Shown here: piece by piece, positions 41,526 through 55,730 of the stretch
Layout: the number at the start of each line of letters is the position of its first letter
How positions within the stretch are numbered: the stretch's first letter is position 1
Assembly: GCA_964057225.1 (NCBI GenBank)
Contig: OZ059899.1
Span: 18,538,001 to 18,602,000, forward strand
Length of the DNA stretch: 64,000 nt
Direction: 5' to 3'
Origin: Auanema rhodensis
Taxonomy: Eukaryota > Animalia > Nematoda
Program-made: the position numbers and the translations under genes
Notes under the pieces: model-generated
The model's database searches: none
Told to the model about the DNA's origin: nothing
What the model saw: the letters and a program-made list of their open reading frames with translations, nothing else

Positions 41526-43540
41526 TTGAAAAAAGATGCATTAGTGTATGTTGAGTTTCCATGTACACTCAACATTGCTTCCAAAAACATTTTGACAAAA
41601 ATTTTTCCAAAAAATTTCAAAATAATTTCGCAAAAAGTAAATGTTTTTAGATTCCGTTTTTCAAGGCAAAGACGATACACAATGTTATTCAACAAAAAAA
41701 TTAATTCTGCAGAATGAAAATCGAGGATATAAGTGTGAACTTATATCAGTTGATATCTCGGTGCATTTTTAAGCTAGCGCAAATCTGATAACACAGATCG
41801 ACGCAGCTTAAAAATCCGCATCGAATGCACTATACAACATTGAGAAACGCTTAATACAAAAATTAGTTGAGATCGTTTGAAAAAAGATGCATTAGTGTAT
41901 GTTGAGTTTCCATGTACACTCAACATTGCTTCCAAAAACATTTTGACAAAAATTTTTCCAAAAAATTTCAAAATAATTTCGCAAAAAGTAAATGTTTTTA
42001 GATTCCGTTTTTCAAGGCAAAGACGATACACAATGTTATTCAACAAAAAAATTAATTCTGCAGAATGAAAATCGAGGATATAAGTGTGAACTTATATCAG
42101 TTGATATCTCGGTGCATTTTTAAGCTAGCGCAAATCTGATAACACAGATCGACGCAGCTTAAAAATCCGCATCGAATGCACTATACAACATTGAGAAACG
42201 CTTAATACAAAAATTAGTTATGATCGTTTGAAAAATGATGCATTAGTGTATGTTGAGTTTCCATGTACACTCAACATTGCTTCCAAAAACATTTTGACAA
42301 AATTTTTCCGAAAAATTTCAAAATATTTTTGCAAAAAGTAGATGTTTTTAGATTCCTTTTTTCAAGGCAAAGACGATGGACAATGTTATTCAACGAAAAA
42401 ATTAATTCTGCAGGGTGAAAATCGAGGATATAAGTGTGAACTTATATCAGTTGATATCTCGGTGCATTTTTAAGCTAGCGCAAATCTGATAACACAGATC
42501 GACGCAGCTTAAAAATCCGCATCGAATGCACTATACAACATTGAGAAACGCTTAATACAAAAATTAGTTAAGATCGTTTGAAAAAAGATGCATTAGTGTA
42601 TGTTGAGTTTCCATGTACACTCAACATTGCTTCCAAAAACATTTTGACAAAAATTTTTCCAAAAAATTTCAAAATAATTTCGCAAAAAGTAAATGTTTTT
42701 AGATTCCGTTTTTCAAGGCAAAGACGATACACAATGTTATTCAACAAAAAAATTAATTCTGCAGAATGAAAATCGAGGATATAAGTGTGAACTTATATCA
42801 GTTGATATCTCGGTGCATTTTTAAGCTAGCGCAAATCTGATAACACAGATCGACGCAGCTTAAAAATCCGCATCGAATGCACTATACAACATTGAGAAAC
42901 GCTTAATACAAAAATTAGTTGAGATCGTTTGAAAAAAGATGCATTAGTGTATGTTGAGTTTCCATGTACACTCAACATTGCTTCCAAAAACATTTTGACA
43001 AAAATTTTTCCAAAAAATTTCAAAATAATTTCGCAAAAAGTAAATGTTTTTAGATTCCGTTTTTCAAGGCAAAGACGATACACAATGTTATTCAACAAAA
43101 AAATTAATTCTGCAGAATGAAAATCGAGGATATAAGTGTGAACTTATATCAGTTGATATCTCGGTGCATTTTTAAGCTAGCGCAAATCTGATAACACAGA
43201 TCGACGCAGCTTAAAAATCCGCATCGAATGCACTATACAACATTGAGAAACGCTTAATACAAAAATTAGTTATGATCGTTTGAAAAATGATGCATTAGTG
43301 TATGTTGAGTTTCCATGTACACTCAACATTGCTTCCAAAAACATTTTGACAAAATTTTTCCGAAAAATTTCAAAATATTTTTGCAAAAAGTAGATGTTTT
43401 TAGATTCCTTTTTTCAAGGCAAAGACGATGGACAATGTTATTCAACGAAAGAATTAATTCTCCAGGGTGAAAATCGAGGATGTAAGTGTGAACTTATATC
43501 AGTTGATATCTCGGTGCATTTTTAAGCTAGCGCAAATCTT
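41526..43540. repeat. Local 3-mer duplication (1052 bp)
   Basis: The private variant AGTTGAGATC occurs at 41869 and 42921, and AAATATTTTTGC occurs in monomers 42228 and 43280. Confidence 0.88.
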
Positions 43541-43572
43541 AAACGCTTAATACAAAAATTAGTTATGATCGT
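43280..43572. repeat. Truncated monomer (293 bp; same junction at about 43539)
   Basis: The junction is read directly. 42929 to 43923 is 994 bp = 351+293+350. Confidence 0.93.
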
Positions 43573-46500
43573 TTGAAAAATGATGCATTAGTGTATGTTG
43601 AGTTTCCATGTACACTCAACATTGCTTCCAAAAACATTTTGACAAAATTTTTCCGAAAAATTTCAAAATAATTTTGCAAAAAGTAGATGTTTTTAGATTC
43701 CTTTTTTCAAGGCAAAGACGATGGACAATGTTATTCAACGAAAGAATTAATTCTCCAGGGTGAAAATCGAGGATGTAAGTGTGAACTTATATCAGTTGAT
43801 ATCTCGGTGCATTTTTAAGCTAGCGCAAATCTGATAACACAGATCGACGCAGCTTAAAAATCCGCATCGAATGCACTATACAACATTGAGAAACGCTTGA
43901 TACAAAAATTAGTTATGATCGTTTGAAAAATGATGCATTAGTGTATGTTGAGTTTCCATGTACACTCAACATTGCTTCCAAAAACATTTTTACAAAAATT
44001 TTTCCGGAAAATTTCGAAACAATTTCGCAAAAAGTAGATGTTTTTAGATTCCTTTTTTCAAGGCAAAGACGATGGACAATGTTATTCAACGAAAAAATTA
44101 ATTCTGCAGGGTGAAAATCGAGGATATAAGTGTGAACTTATATCAGTTGATATCTCGGTGCATTTTTAAGGTAGCGCAAATCTGATAACACAGATCGACG
44201 CAGCTTAAAAATCCGCATCGAATGCACTATACTACATTGAAAAACGCTTAATACAAAAATTAGTTATGATCGTTTGAAAAAAGATGCATTAGTGTATGTT
44301 GAGTTTCCATGTATACTCAACATTGCTTCCAAAAACATTTTGACAAAAATTTTTCCCAAAAATTTCAAAATAATTTCGCAAAAAGGAGATGTTTTTAGAT
44401 TCCTTTTCTCAGGGCAAAGACGATGGACAAAGTTATTCAACGAAAAAATTAATTCTGCAGGGTGAAAATCGAGGATATAAGTGTGAACTTATATCAGTTG
44501 ATATCTCGGTGCATTTTTAAGCTAGCGCAAATCTGATAACACAGATCGACGCAGCTTAAAAATCCGCATCGAATGCACTATACAACATTGAGAAACGCTT
44601 AATACAAAAATTAGTTAAGATCGTTTGAAAAAAGATGCATTAGTGTATGTTGAGTTTCCATGTACACTCAACATTGCTTCCAAAAACATTTTGACAAAAA
44701 TTTTTCCAAAAAATTTCAAAATAATTTCGCAAAAAGTAAATGTTTTTAGATTCCGTTTTTCAAGGCAAAGACGATACACAATGTTATTCAACAAAAAAAT
44801 TAATTCTGCAGAATGAAAATCGAGGATATAAGTGTGAACTTATATCAGTTGATATCTCGGTGCATTTTTAAGCTAGCGCAAATCTGATAACACAGATCGA
44901 CGCAGCTTAAAAATCCGCATCGAATGCACTATACAACATTGAGAAACGCTTAATACAAAAATTAGTTATGATCGTTTGAAAAATGATGCATTAGTGTATG
45001 TTGAGTTTCCATGTACACTCAACATTGCTTCCAAAAACATTTTGACAAAATTTTTCCGAAAAATTTCAAAATAATTTTGCAAAAAGTAGATGTTTTTAGA
45101 TTCCTTTTTTCAAGGCAAAGACGATGGACAATGTTATTCAACGAAAGAATTAATTCTCCAGGGTGAAAATCGAGGATGTAAGTGTGAACTTATATCAGTT
45201 GATATCTCGGTGCATTTTTAAGCTAGCGCAAATCTGATAACACAGATCGACGCAGCTTAAAAATCCGCATCGAATGCACTATACAACATTGAGAAACGCT
45301 TAATACAAAAATTAGTTATGATCGTTTGAAAAATGATGCATTAGTGTATGTTGAGTTTCCATGTACACTCAACATTGCTTCCAAAAACATTTTGACAAAA
45401 TTTTTCCGAAAAATTTCAAAATAATTTCGCAAAAAGTAGATGTTTTTAGATTCCTTTTTTCAAGGCAAAGACGATGGACAATGTTATTCAACGAAAAAAT
45501 TAATTCTGCAGGGTGAAAATCGAGGATATAAGTGTGAACTTATATCAGTTGATATCTCGGTGCATTTTTAAGGTAGCGCAAATCTGATAACACAGATCGA
45601 CGCAGCTTAAAAATCCGCATCGAATGCACTATACTACATTGAAAAACGCTTAATACAAAAATTAGTTATGATCGTTTGAAAAAAGATGCATTAGTGTATG
45701 TTGAGTTTCCATGTATACTCAACATTGCTTCCAAAAACATTTTGACAAAAATTTTTCCCAAAAATTTCAAAATAATTTCGCAAAAAGGAGATGTTTTTAG
45801 ATTCCTTTTCTCAGGGCAAAGACGATGGACAAAGTTATTCAACGAAAAAATTAATTCTGCAGGGTGAAAATCGAGGATATAAGTGTGAACTTATATCAGT
45901 TGATATCTCGGTGCATTTTTAAGCTAGCGCAAATCTGATAACACAGATCGACGCAGCTTAAAAATCCGCATCGAATGCACTATACAACATTGAGAAACGC
46001 TTAATACAAAAATTAGTTAAGATCGTTTGAAAAAAGATGCATTAGTGTATGTTGAGTTTCCATGTACACTCAACATTGCTTCCAAAAACATTTTGACAAA
46101 AATTTTTCCAAAAAATTTCAAAATAATTTCGCAAAAAGTAAATGTTTTTAGATTCCGTTTTTCAAGGCAAAGACGATACACAATGTTATTCAACAAAAAA
46201 ATTAATTCTGCAGAATGAAAATCGAGGATATAAGTGTGAACTTATATCAGTTGATATCTCGGTGCATTTTTAAGCTAGCGCAAATCTGATAACACAGATC
46301 GACGCAGCTTAAAAATCCGCATCGAATGCACTATACAACATTGAGAAACGCTTAATACAAAAATTAGTTATGATCGTTTGAAAAATGATGCATTAGTGTA
46401 TGTTGAGTTTCCATGTACACTCAACATTGCTTCCAAAAACATTTTGACAAAATTTTTCCGAAAAATTTCAAAATAATTTTGCAAAAAGTAGATGTTTTTA

Positions 46501-49500
46501 GATTCCTTTTTTCAAGGCAAAGACGATGGACAATGTTATTCAACGAAAGAATTAATTCTCCAGGGTGAAAATCGAGGATGTAAGTGTGAACTTATATCAG
46601 TTGATATCTCGGTGCATTTTTAAGCTAGCGCAAATCTGATAACACAGATCGACGCAGCTTAAAAATCCGCATCGAATGCACTATACAACATTGAGAAACG
46701 CTTAATACAAAAATTAGTTATGATCGTTTGAAAAATGATGCATTAGTGTATGTTGAGTTTCCATGTACACTCAACATTGCTTCCAAAAACATTTTGACAA
46801 AATTTTTCCGAAAAATTTCAAAATAATTTCGCAAAAAGTAGATGTTTTTAGATTCCTTTTTTCAAGGCAAAGACGATGGACAATGTTATTCAACGAAAAA
46901 ATTAATTCTGCAGGGTGAAAATCGAGGATATAAGTGTGAACTTATATCAGTTGATATCTCGGTGCATTTTTAAGGTAGCGCAAATCTGATAACACAGATC
47001 GACGCAGCTTAAAAATCCGCATCGAATGCACTATACTACATTGAAAAACGCTTAATACAAAAGTTAGTTATGATCGTTTGAAAAATGATGCATTAGTGTA
47101 TGTTGAGTTTCCATGTACACTCAACATTGCTTCCAAAAACATTTTGACAAAAATTTTTCCGAAAAATTTTAAAATAATTTCGCAAAAAGTAGATGTTTTT
47201 AGATTCCTTTTTTCAAGGCAAAGACGATGGACAATGTTATTCAACGAAAAAATTAATTCTGCAGGGTGAAAATCGAGGATATAAGTGTAAACTTATATCA
47301 GTTGATATCTCGGTGCATTTTTAAGGTAGCGCAAATCTGATAACACAGATCGACGCAGCTTAAAAATCCGCATCGAATGCACTATACAACAGTGAGAAAC
47401 GCTTAATACAAAAATTAGTTATGATCGTTTGAAAAAAGATGCATTAGTGTATGTTGAGTTTCCATGTATACTCAACATTGCTTCCAAAAACATTTTGACA
47501 AAAATTTTTCCGAAAAATTTCAAAATAATTTCGCAAAAAGGAGATGTTTTTAGATTCCTTTTTTCAAGGCAAAGACGATGGACAAAGTTATTCAACGAAA
47601 AAATTAATTCTGCAGGGTGAAAATCGAGGATATAAGTGTGAACTTATATCAGTTGATATATCGGTGCATTTTTAAGCTAGCGCAAATCTGATAACACAGA
47701 TCGACGCAGCTTAAAAATCCGCATCGAATGCACTATACAACAGTGAGAAACGCTTAATACAAAAATTAGTTATGATCGTTTGAAAAATGATGCATTAGTG
47801 TATGTTGAGTTTCCATGTACACTCAACATTGCTTTCAAAAACATTTTGACAAAAATTTTTCCGAAAAATTTCAAAATAATTTTGCAAAAAGTAGATGTTT
47901 TTAGATTCCTTTTTTCAAGGCAAAGACGATGGACAATGTTATTCAACAAAAAAATTAATTCTCCAGGGTGAAAATCGAGGATGTAAGTGTGAACTTATAT
48001 CAGTTGATATCTCGGTGCATTTTTAAGCTAGCGCAAATCTGATAACACAGATCGACGCAGCTTAAAATTCCGCATCGAATGCACTATACAACATTGAGAA
48101 ACGCTTAATACAAAAATTAGTTATGATCGTTTGAAAAATGATGCATTAGTGTATGTTGAGTTTCCATGTACACTCAACATTGCTTCCAAAAACATTTTTA
48201 CAAAAATTTTTCCGGAAAATTTCGAAACAATTTCGCAAAAAGTAGATGTTTTTAGATTCCTTTTTTCAAGGCAAAGACGATGGACAATGTTATTCAACGA
48301 AAAAATTAATTCTGCAGGGTGAAAATCGAGGATATAAGTGTGAACTTATATCAGTTGATATCTCGGTGCATTTTTAAGCTAGCGCAAATCTGATAACACA
48401 GATCGACGCAGCTTAAAAATCCGCATCGAATGCACTATACTACATTGAAAAACGCTTAATACAAAAATTAGTTATGATCGTTTGAAAAAAGATGCATTAG
48501 TGTATGTTGAGTTTCCATGTATACTCAACATTGCTTCCAAAAACATTTTGACAAAAATTTTTCCCAAAAATTTCAAAATAATTTCGCAAAAAGGAGATGT
48601 TTTTAGATTCCTTTTCTCAGGGCAAAGACGATGGACAAAGTTATTCAACGAAAAAATTAATTCTGCAGGGTGAAAATCGAGGATATAAGTGTGAACTTAT
48701 ATCAGTTGATATCTCGGTGCATTTTTAAGCTAGCGCAAATCTGATAACACAGATCGACGCAGCTTAAAAATCCGCATCGAATGCACTATACAACATTGAG
48801 AAACGCTTAATACAAAAATTAGTTAAGATCGTTTGAAAAAAGATGCATTAGTGTATGTTGAGTTTCCATGTACACTCAACATTGCTTCCAAAAACATTTT
48901 GACAAAAATTTTTCCAAAAAATTTCAAAATAATTTCGCAAAAAGTAAATGTTTTTAGATTCCGTTTTTCAAGGCAAAGACGATACACAATGTTATTCAAC
49001 AAAAAAATTAATTCTGCAGAATGAAAATCGAGGATATAAGTGTGAACTTATATCAGTTGATATCTCGGTGCATTTTTAAGCTAGCGCAAATCTGATAACA
49101 CAGATCGACGCAGCTTAAAAATCCGCATCGAATGCACTATACAACATTGAGAAACGCTTAATACAAAAATTAGTTATGATCGTTTGAAAAATGATGCATT
49201 AGTGTATGTTGAGTTTCCATGTACACTCAACATTGCTTCCAAAAACATTTTGACAAAATTTTTCCGAAAAATTTCAAAATAATTTTGCAAAAAGTAGATG
49301 TTTTTAGATTCCTTTTTTCAAGGCAAAGACGATGGACAATGTTATTCAACGAAAGAATTAATTCTCCAGGGTGAAAATCGAGGATGTAAGTGTGAACTTA
49401 TATCAGTTGATATCTCGGTGCATTTTTAAGCTAGCGCAAATCTGATAACACAGATCGACGCAGCTTAAAAATCCGCATCGAATGCACTATACAACATTGA

Positions 49501-50234
49501 GAAACGCTTAATACAAAAATTAGTTATGATCGTTTGAAAAATGATGCATTAGTGTATGTTGAGTTTCCATGTACACTCAACATTGCTTCCAAAAACATTT
49601 TGACAAAATTTTTCCGAAAAATTTCAAAATAATTTCGCAAAAAGTAGATGTTTTTAGATTCCTTTTTTCAAGGCAAAGACGATGGACAATGTTATTCAAC
49701 GAAAAAATTAATTCTGCAGGGTGAAAATCGAGGATATAAGTGTGAACTTATATCAGTTGATATCTCGGTGCATTTTTAAGGTAGCGCAAATCTGATAACA
49801 CAGATCGACGCAGCTTAAAAATCCGCATCGAATGCACTATACTACATTGAAAAACGCTTAATACAAAAATTAGTTATGATCGTTTGAAAAAAGATGCATT
49901 AGTGTATGTTGAGTTTCCATGTATACTCAACATTGCTTCCAAAAACATTTTGACAAAAATTTTTCCGAAAAATTTCAAAATAATTTCGCAAAAAGGAGAT
50001 GTTTTTAGATTCCTTTTTTCAAGGCAAAGACGATGGACAAAGTTATTCAACGAAAAAATTAATTCTGCAGGGTGAAAATCGAGGATATAAGTGTGAACTT
50101 ATATCAGTTGATATCTCGGTGCATTTTTAAGCTAGCGCAAATCTGATAACACAGATCGACGCAGCTTAAAAATCCGCATCGAATGCACTATACAACAGTG
50201 AAAAACGCTCAATACAAAAATTAGTTATGATCGT

Positions 50235-50822
50235 TTGAAAAATGATGCATTAGTGTATGTTGAGTTTCCATGTACACTCAACATTGCTTTCAAAAACATT
50301 TTGACAAAAATTTTTCCGAAAAATTTCAAAATAATTTTGCAAAAAGTAGATGTTTTTAGATTCCTTTTTTCAAGGCAAAGACGATGGACAATGTTATTCA
50401 ACAAAAAAATTAATTCTCCAGGGTGAAAATCGAGGATGTAAGTGTGAACTTATATCAGTTGATATCTCGGTGCATTTTTAAGCTAGCGCAAATCTTAAAC
50501 GCTTAATACAAAAATTAGTTATGATCGTTTGAAAAATGATGCATTAGTGTATGTTGAGTTTCCATGTACACTCAACATTGCTTTCAAAAACATTTTGACA
50601 AAAATTTTTCCGAAAAATTTCAAAATAATTTTGCAAAAAGTAGATGTTTTTAGATTCCTTTTTTCAAGGCAAAGACGATGGACAATGTTATTCAACAAAA
50701 AAATTAATTCTCCAGGGTGAAAATCGAGGATGTAAGTGTGAACTTATATCAGTTGATATCTCGGTGCATTTTTAAGCTAGCGCAAATCTTAAACGCTTAA
50801 TACAAAAATTAGTTATGATCGT
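50235..50822. repeat. Two adjacent truncated 294-bp monomers (junctions at about 50495 and 50789)
   Basis: ORF starts 50235 and 50529 are 294 bp apart, and both junctions are read directly. Confidence 0.95.
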
Positions 50823-53800
50823 TTGAAAAATGATGCATTAGTGTATGTTGAGTTTCCATGTACACTCAACATTGCTTCCAAAAACATTTTGACAAAATTT
50901 TTCCGAAAAATTTCAAAATAATTTTGCAAAAAGTAGATGTTTTTAGATTCCTTTTTTCAAGGCAAAGACGATGGACAATGTTATTCAACGAAAGAATTAA
51001 TTCTCCAGGGTGAAAATCGAGGATGTAAGTGTGAACTTATATCAGTTGATATCTCGGTGCATTTTTAAGCTAGCGCAAATCTGATAACACAGATCGACGC
51101 AGCTTAAAAATCCGCATCGAATGCACTATACAACATTGAGAAACGCTTAATACAAAAATTAGTTATGATCGTTTGAAAAATGATGCATTAGTGTATGTTG
51201 AGTTTCCATGTACACTCAACATTGCTTCCAAAAACATTTTGACAAAATTTTTCCGAAAAATTTCAAAATAATTTCGCAAAAAGTAAATGTTTTTAGATTC
51301 CTTTTTTCAAGGCAAAGTCGATGGACAATGTTATTCAACGAAAAAATTAATTCTGCAGGGTGAAAATCGAGGATATAAGTGTGAACTTATATCAGTTGAT
51401 ATCTCGGTGCATTTTTAAGGTAGCGCAAATCTGATAACACAGATCGACGCAGCTTAAAAATCCGCATCGAATGCACTATACAACATTGAGAAACGCTTAA
51501 TACAAAAATTAGTTAAGATCGTTTGAAAAAAGATGCATTAGTGTATGTTGAGTTTCCATGTACACTCAACATTGCTTCCAAAAACATTTTGACAAAAATT
51601 TTTCCAAAAAATTTCAAAATAATTTCGCAAAAAGTAAATGTTTTTAGATTCCGTTTTTCAAGGCAAAGACGATACACAATGTTATTCAACAAAAAAATTA
51701 ATTCTGCAGAATGAAAATCGAGGATATAAGTGTGAACTTATATCAGTTGATATCTCGGTGCATTTTTAAGCTAGCGCAAATCTGATAACACAGATCGACG
51801 CAGCTTAAAAATCCGCATCGAATGCACTATACAACATTGAGAAACGCTTAATACAAAAATTAGTTATGATCGTTTGAAAAATGATGCATTAGTGTATGTT
51901 GAGTTTCCATGTACACTCAACATTGCTTCCAAAAACATTTTGACAAAATTTTTCCGAAAAATTTCAAAATAATTTTGCAAAAAGTAGATGTTTTTAGATT
52001 CCTTTTTTCAAGGCAAAGACGATGGACAATGTTATTCAACGAAAGAATTAATTCTCCAGGGTGAAAATCGAGGATGTAAGTGTGAACTTATATCAGTTGA
52101 TATCTCGGTGCATTTTTAAGCTAGCGCAAATCTGATAACACAGATCGACGCAGCTTAAAAATCCGCATCGAATGCACTATACAACATTGAGAAACGCTTA
52201 ATACAAAAATTAGTTATGATCGTTTGAAAAATGATGCATTAGTGTATGTTGAGTTTCCATGTACACTCAACATTGCTTCCAAAAACATTTTGACAAAATT
52301 TTTCCGAAAAATTTCAAAATAATTTCGCAAAAAGTAGATGTTTTTAGATTCCTTTTTTCAAGGCAAAGACGATGGACAATGTTATTCAACGAAAAAATTA
52401 ATTCTGCAGGGTGAAAATCGAGGATATAAGTGTGAACTTATATCAGTTGATATCTCGGTGCATTTTTAAGGTAGCGCAAATCTGATAACACAGATCGACG
52501 CAGCTTAAAAATCCGCATCGAATGCACTATACTACATTGAAAAACGCTTAATACAAAAGTTAGTTATGATCGTTTGAAAAATGATGCATTAGTGTATGTT
52601 GAGTTTCCATGTACACTCAACATTGCTTCCAAAAACATTTTGACAAAAATTTTTCCGAAAAATTTTAAAATAATTTCGCAAAAAGTAGATGTTTTTAGAT
52701 TCCTTTTTTCAAGGCAAAGACGATGGACAATGTTATTCAACGAAAAAATTAATTCTGCAGGGTGAAAATCGAGGATATAAGTGTAAACTTATATCAGTTG
52801 ATATCTCGGTGCATTTTTAAGGTAGCGCAAATCTGATAACACAGATCGACGCAGCTTAAAAATCCGCATCGAATGCACTATACAACAGTGAGAAACGCTT
52901 AATACAAAAATTAGTTATGATCGTTTGAAAAAAGATGCATTAGTGTATGTTGAGTTTCCATGTATACTCAACATTGCTTCCAAAAACATTTTGACAAAAA
53001 TTTTTCCGAAAAATTTCAAAATAATTTCGCAAAAAGGAGATGTTTTTAGATTCCTTTTTTCAAGGCAAAGACGATGGACAAAGTTATTCAACGAAAAAAT
53101 TAATTCTGCAGGGTGAAAATCGAGGATATAAGTGTGAACTTATATCAGTTGATATCTCGGTGCATTTTTAAGCTAGCGCAAATCTGATAACACAGATCGA
53201 CGCAGCTTAAAAATCCGCATCGAATGCACTATACAACAGTGAGAAACGCTTAATACAAAAATTAGTTATGATCGTTTGAAAAATGATGCATTAGTGTATG
53301 TTGAGTTTCCATGTACACTCAACATTGCTTTCAAAAACATTTTGACAAAAATTTTTCCGAAAAATTTCAAAATAATTTTGCAAAAAGTAGATGTTTTTAG
53401 ATTCCTTTTTTCAAGGCAAAGACGATGGACAATGTTATTCAACGAAAAAATTAATTCTGCAGGGTGAAAATCGAGGATATAAGTGTGAACTTATATCAGT
53501 TGATATCTCGGTGCATTTTTAAGCTAGCGCAAATCTGATAACACAGATCGACGCAGCTTAAAAATCCGCATCGAATGCACTATACAACAGTGAGAAACGC
53601 TTAATACAAAAATTAGTTATGATCGTTTGAAAAATGATGCATTAGTGTATGTTGAGTTTCCATGTACACTCAACATTGCTTTCAAAAACATTTTGACAAA
53701 AATTTTTCCGAAAAATTTCAAAATAATTTTGCAAAAAGTAGATGTTTTTAGATTCCTTTTTTCAAGGCAAAGACGATGGACAATGTTATTCAACAAAAAA

Positions 53801-55730
53801 ATTAATTCTCCAGGGTGAAAATCGAGGATGTAAGTGTGAACTTATATCAGTTGATATCTCGGTGCATTTTTAAGCTAGCGCAAATCTGATAACACAGATC
53901 GACGCAGCTTAAAATTCCGCATCGAATGCACTATACAACATTGAGAAACGCTTAATACAAAAATTAGTTATGATCGTTTGAAAAATGATGCATTAGTGTA
54001 TGTTGAGTTTCCATGTACACTCAACATTGCTTCCAAAAACATTTTTACAAAAATTTTTCCGGAAAATTTCGAAACAATTTCGCAAAAAGTAGATGTTTTT
54101 AGATTCCTTTTTTCAAGGCAAAGACGATGGACAATGTTATTCAACGAAAAAATTAATTCTGCAGGGTGAAAATCGAGGATATAAGTGTGAACTTATATCA
54201 GTTGATATCTCGGTGCATTTTTAAGCTAGCGCAAATCTGATAACACAGATCGACGCAGCTTAAAAATCCGCATCGAATGCACTATACTACATTGAAAAAC
54301 GCTTAATACAAAAATTAGTTATGATCGTTTGAAAAAAGATGCATTAGTGTATGTTGAGTTTCCATGTATACTCAACATTGCTTCCAAAAACATTTTGACA
54401 AAAATTTTTCCCAAAAATTTCAAAATAATTTCGCAAAAAGGAGATGTTTTTAGATTCCTTTTCTCAGGGCAAAGACGATGGACAAAGTTATTCAACGAAA
54501 AAATTAATTCTGCAGGGTGAAAATCGAGGATATAAGTGTGAACTTATATCAGTTGATATCTCGGTGCATTTTTAAGCTAGCGCAAATCTGATAACACAGA
54601 TCGACGCAGCTTAAAAATCCGCATCGAATGCACTATACAACATTGAGAAACGCTTAATACAAAAATTAGTTAAGATCGTTTGAAAAAAGATGCATTAGTG
54701 TATGTTGAGTTTCCATGTACACTCAACATTGCTTCCAAAAACATTTTGACAAAAATTTTTCCAAAAAATTTCAAAATAATTTCGCAAAAAGTAAATGTTT
54801 TTAGATTCCGTTTTCCAAGGCAAAGACGATACACAATGTTATTCAACAAAAAAATTAATTCTGCAGAATGAAAATCGAGGATATAAGTGTGAACTTATAT
54901 CAGTTGATATCTCGGTGCATTTTTAAGCTAGCGCAAATCTGATAACACAGATCGACGCAGCTTAAAAATCCGCATCGAATGCACTATACAACATTGAGAA
55001 ACGCTTAATACAAAAATTAGTTATGATCGTTTGAAAAATGATGCATTAGTGTATGTTGAGTTTCCATGTACACTCAACATTGCTTCCAAAAACATTTTGA
55101 CAAAATTTTTCCGAAAAATTTCAAAATAATTTTGCAAAAAGTAGATGTTTTTAGATTCCTTTTTTCAAGGCAAAGACGATGGACAATGTTATTCAACGAA
55201 AGAATTAATTCTCCAGGGTGAAAATCGAGGATGTAAGTGTGAACTTATATCAGTTGATATCTCGGTGCATTTTTAAGCTAGCGCAAATCTGATAACACAG
55301 ATCGACGCAGCTTAAAAATCCGCATCGAATGCACTATACAACATTGAGAAACGCTTAATACAAAAATTAGTTATGATCGTTTGAAAAATGATGCATTAGT
55401 GTATGTTGAGTTTCCATGTACACTCAACATTGCTTCCAAAAACATTTTGACAAAATTTTTCCGAAAAATTTCAAAATAATTTCGCAAAAAGTAAATGTTT
55501 TTAGATTCCTTTTTTCAAGGCAAAGACGATGGACAATGTTATTCAACGAAAAAATTAATTCTGCAGGGTGAAAATCGAGGATATAAGTGTGAACTTATAT
55601 CAGTTGATTTCTCGGTGCATTTTTAAGGTAGCGCAAATCTGATAACACAGATCGACGCAGCTTAAAAATCCGCATCGAATGCACTATACTACATTGAAAA
55701 ACGCTTAATACAAAAATTAGTTATGATCGT

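Noticed and set aside
41774-43098. Two 90-aa minus-strand ORFs
   Set aside because: They exist only because one SNP (41869, duplicated at 42921) removes a TAA stop codon on the minus strand.
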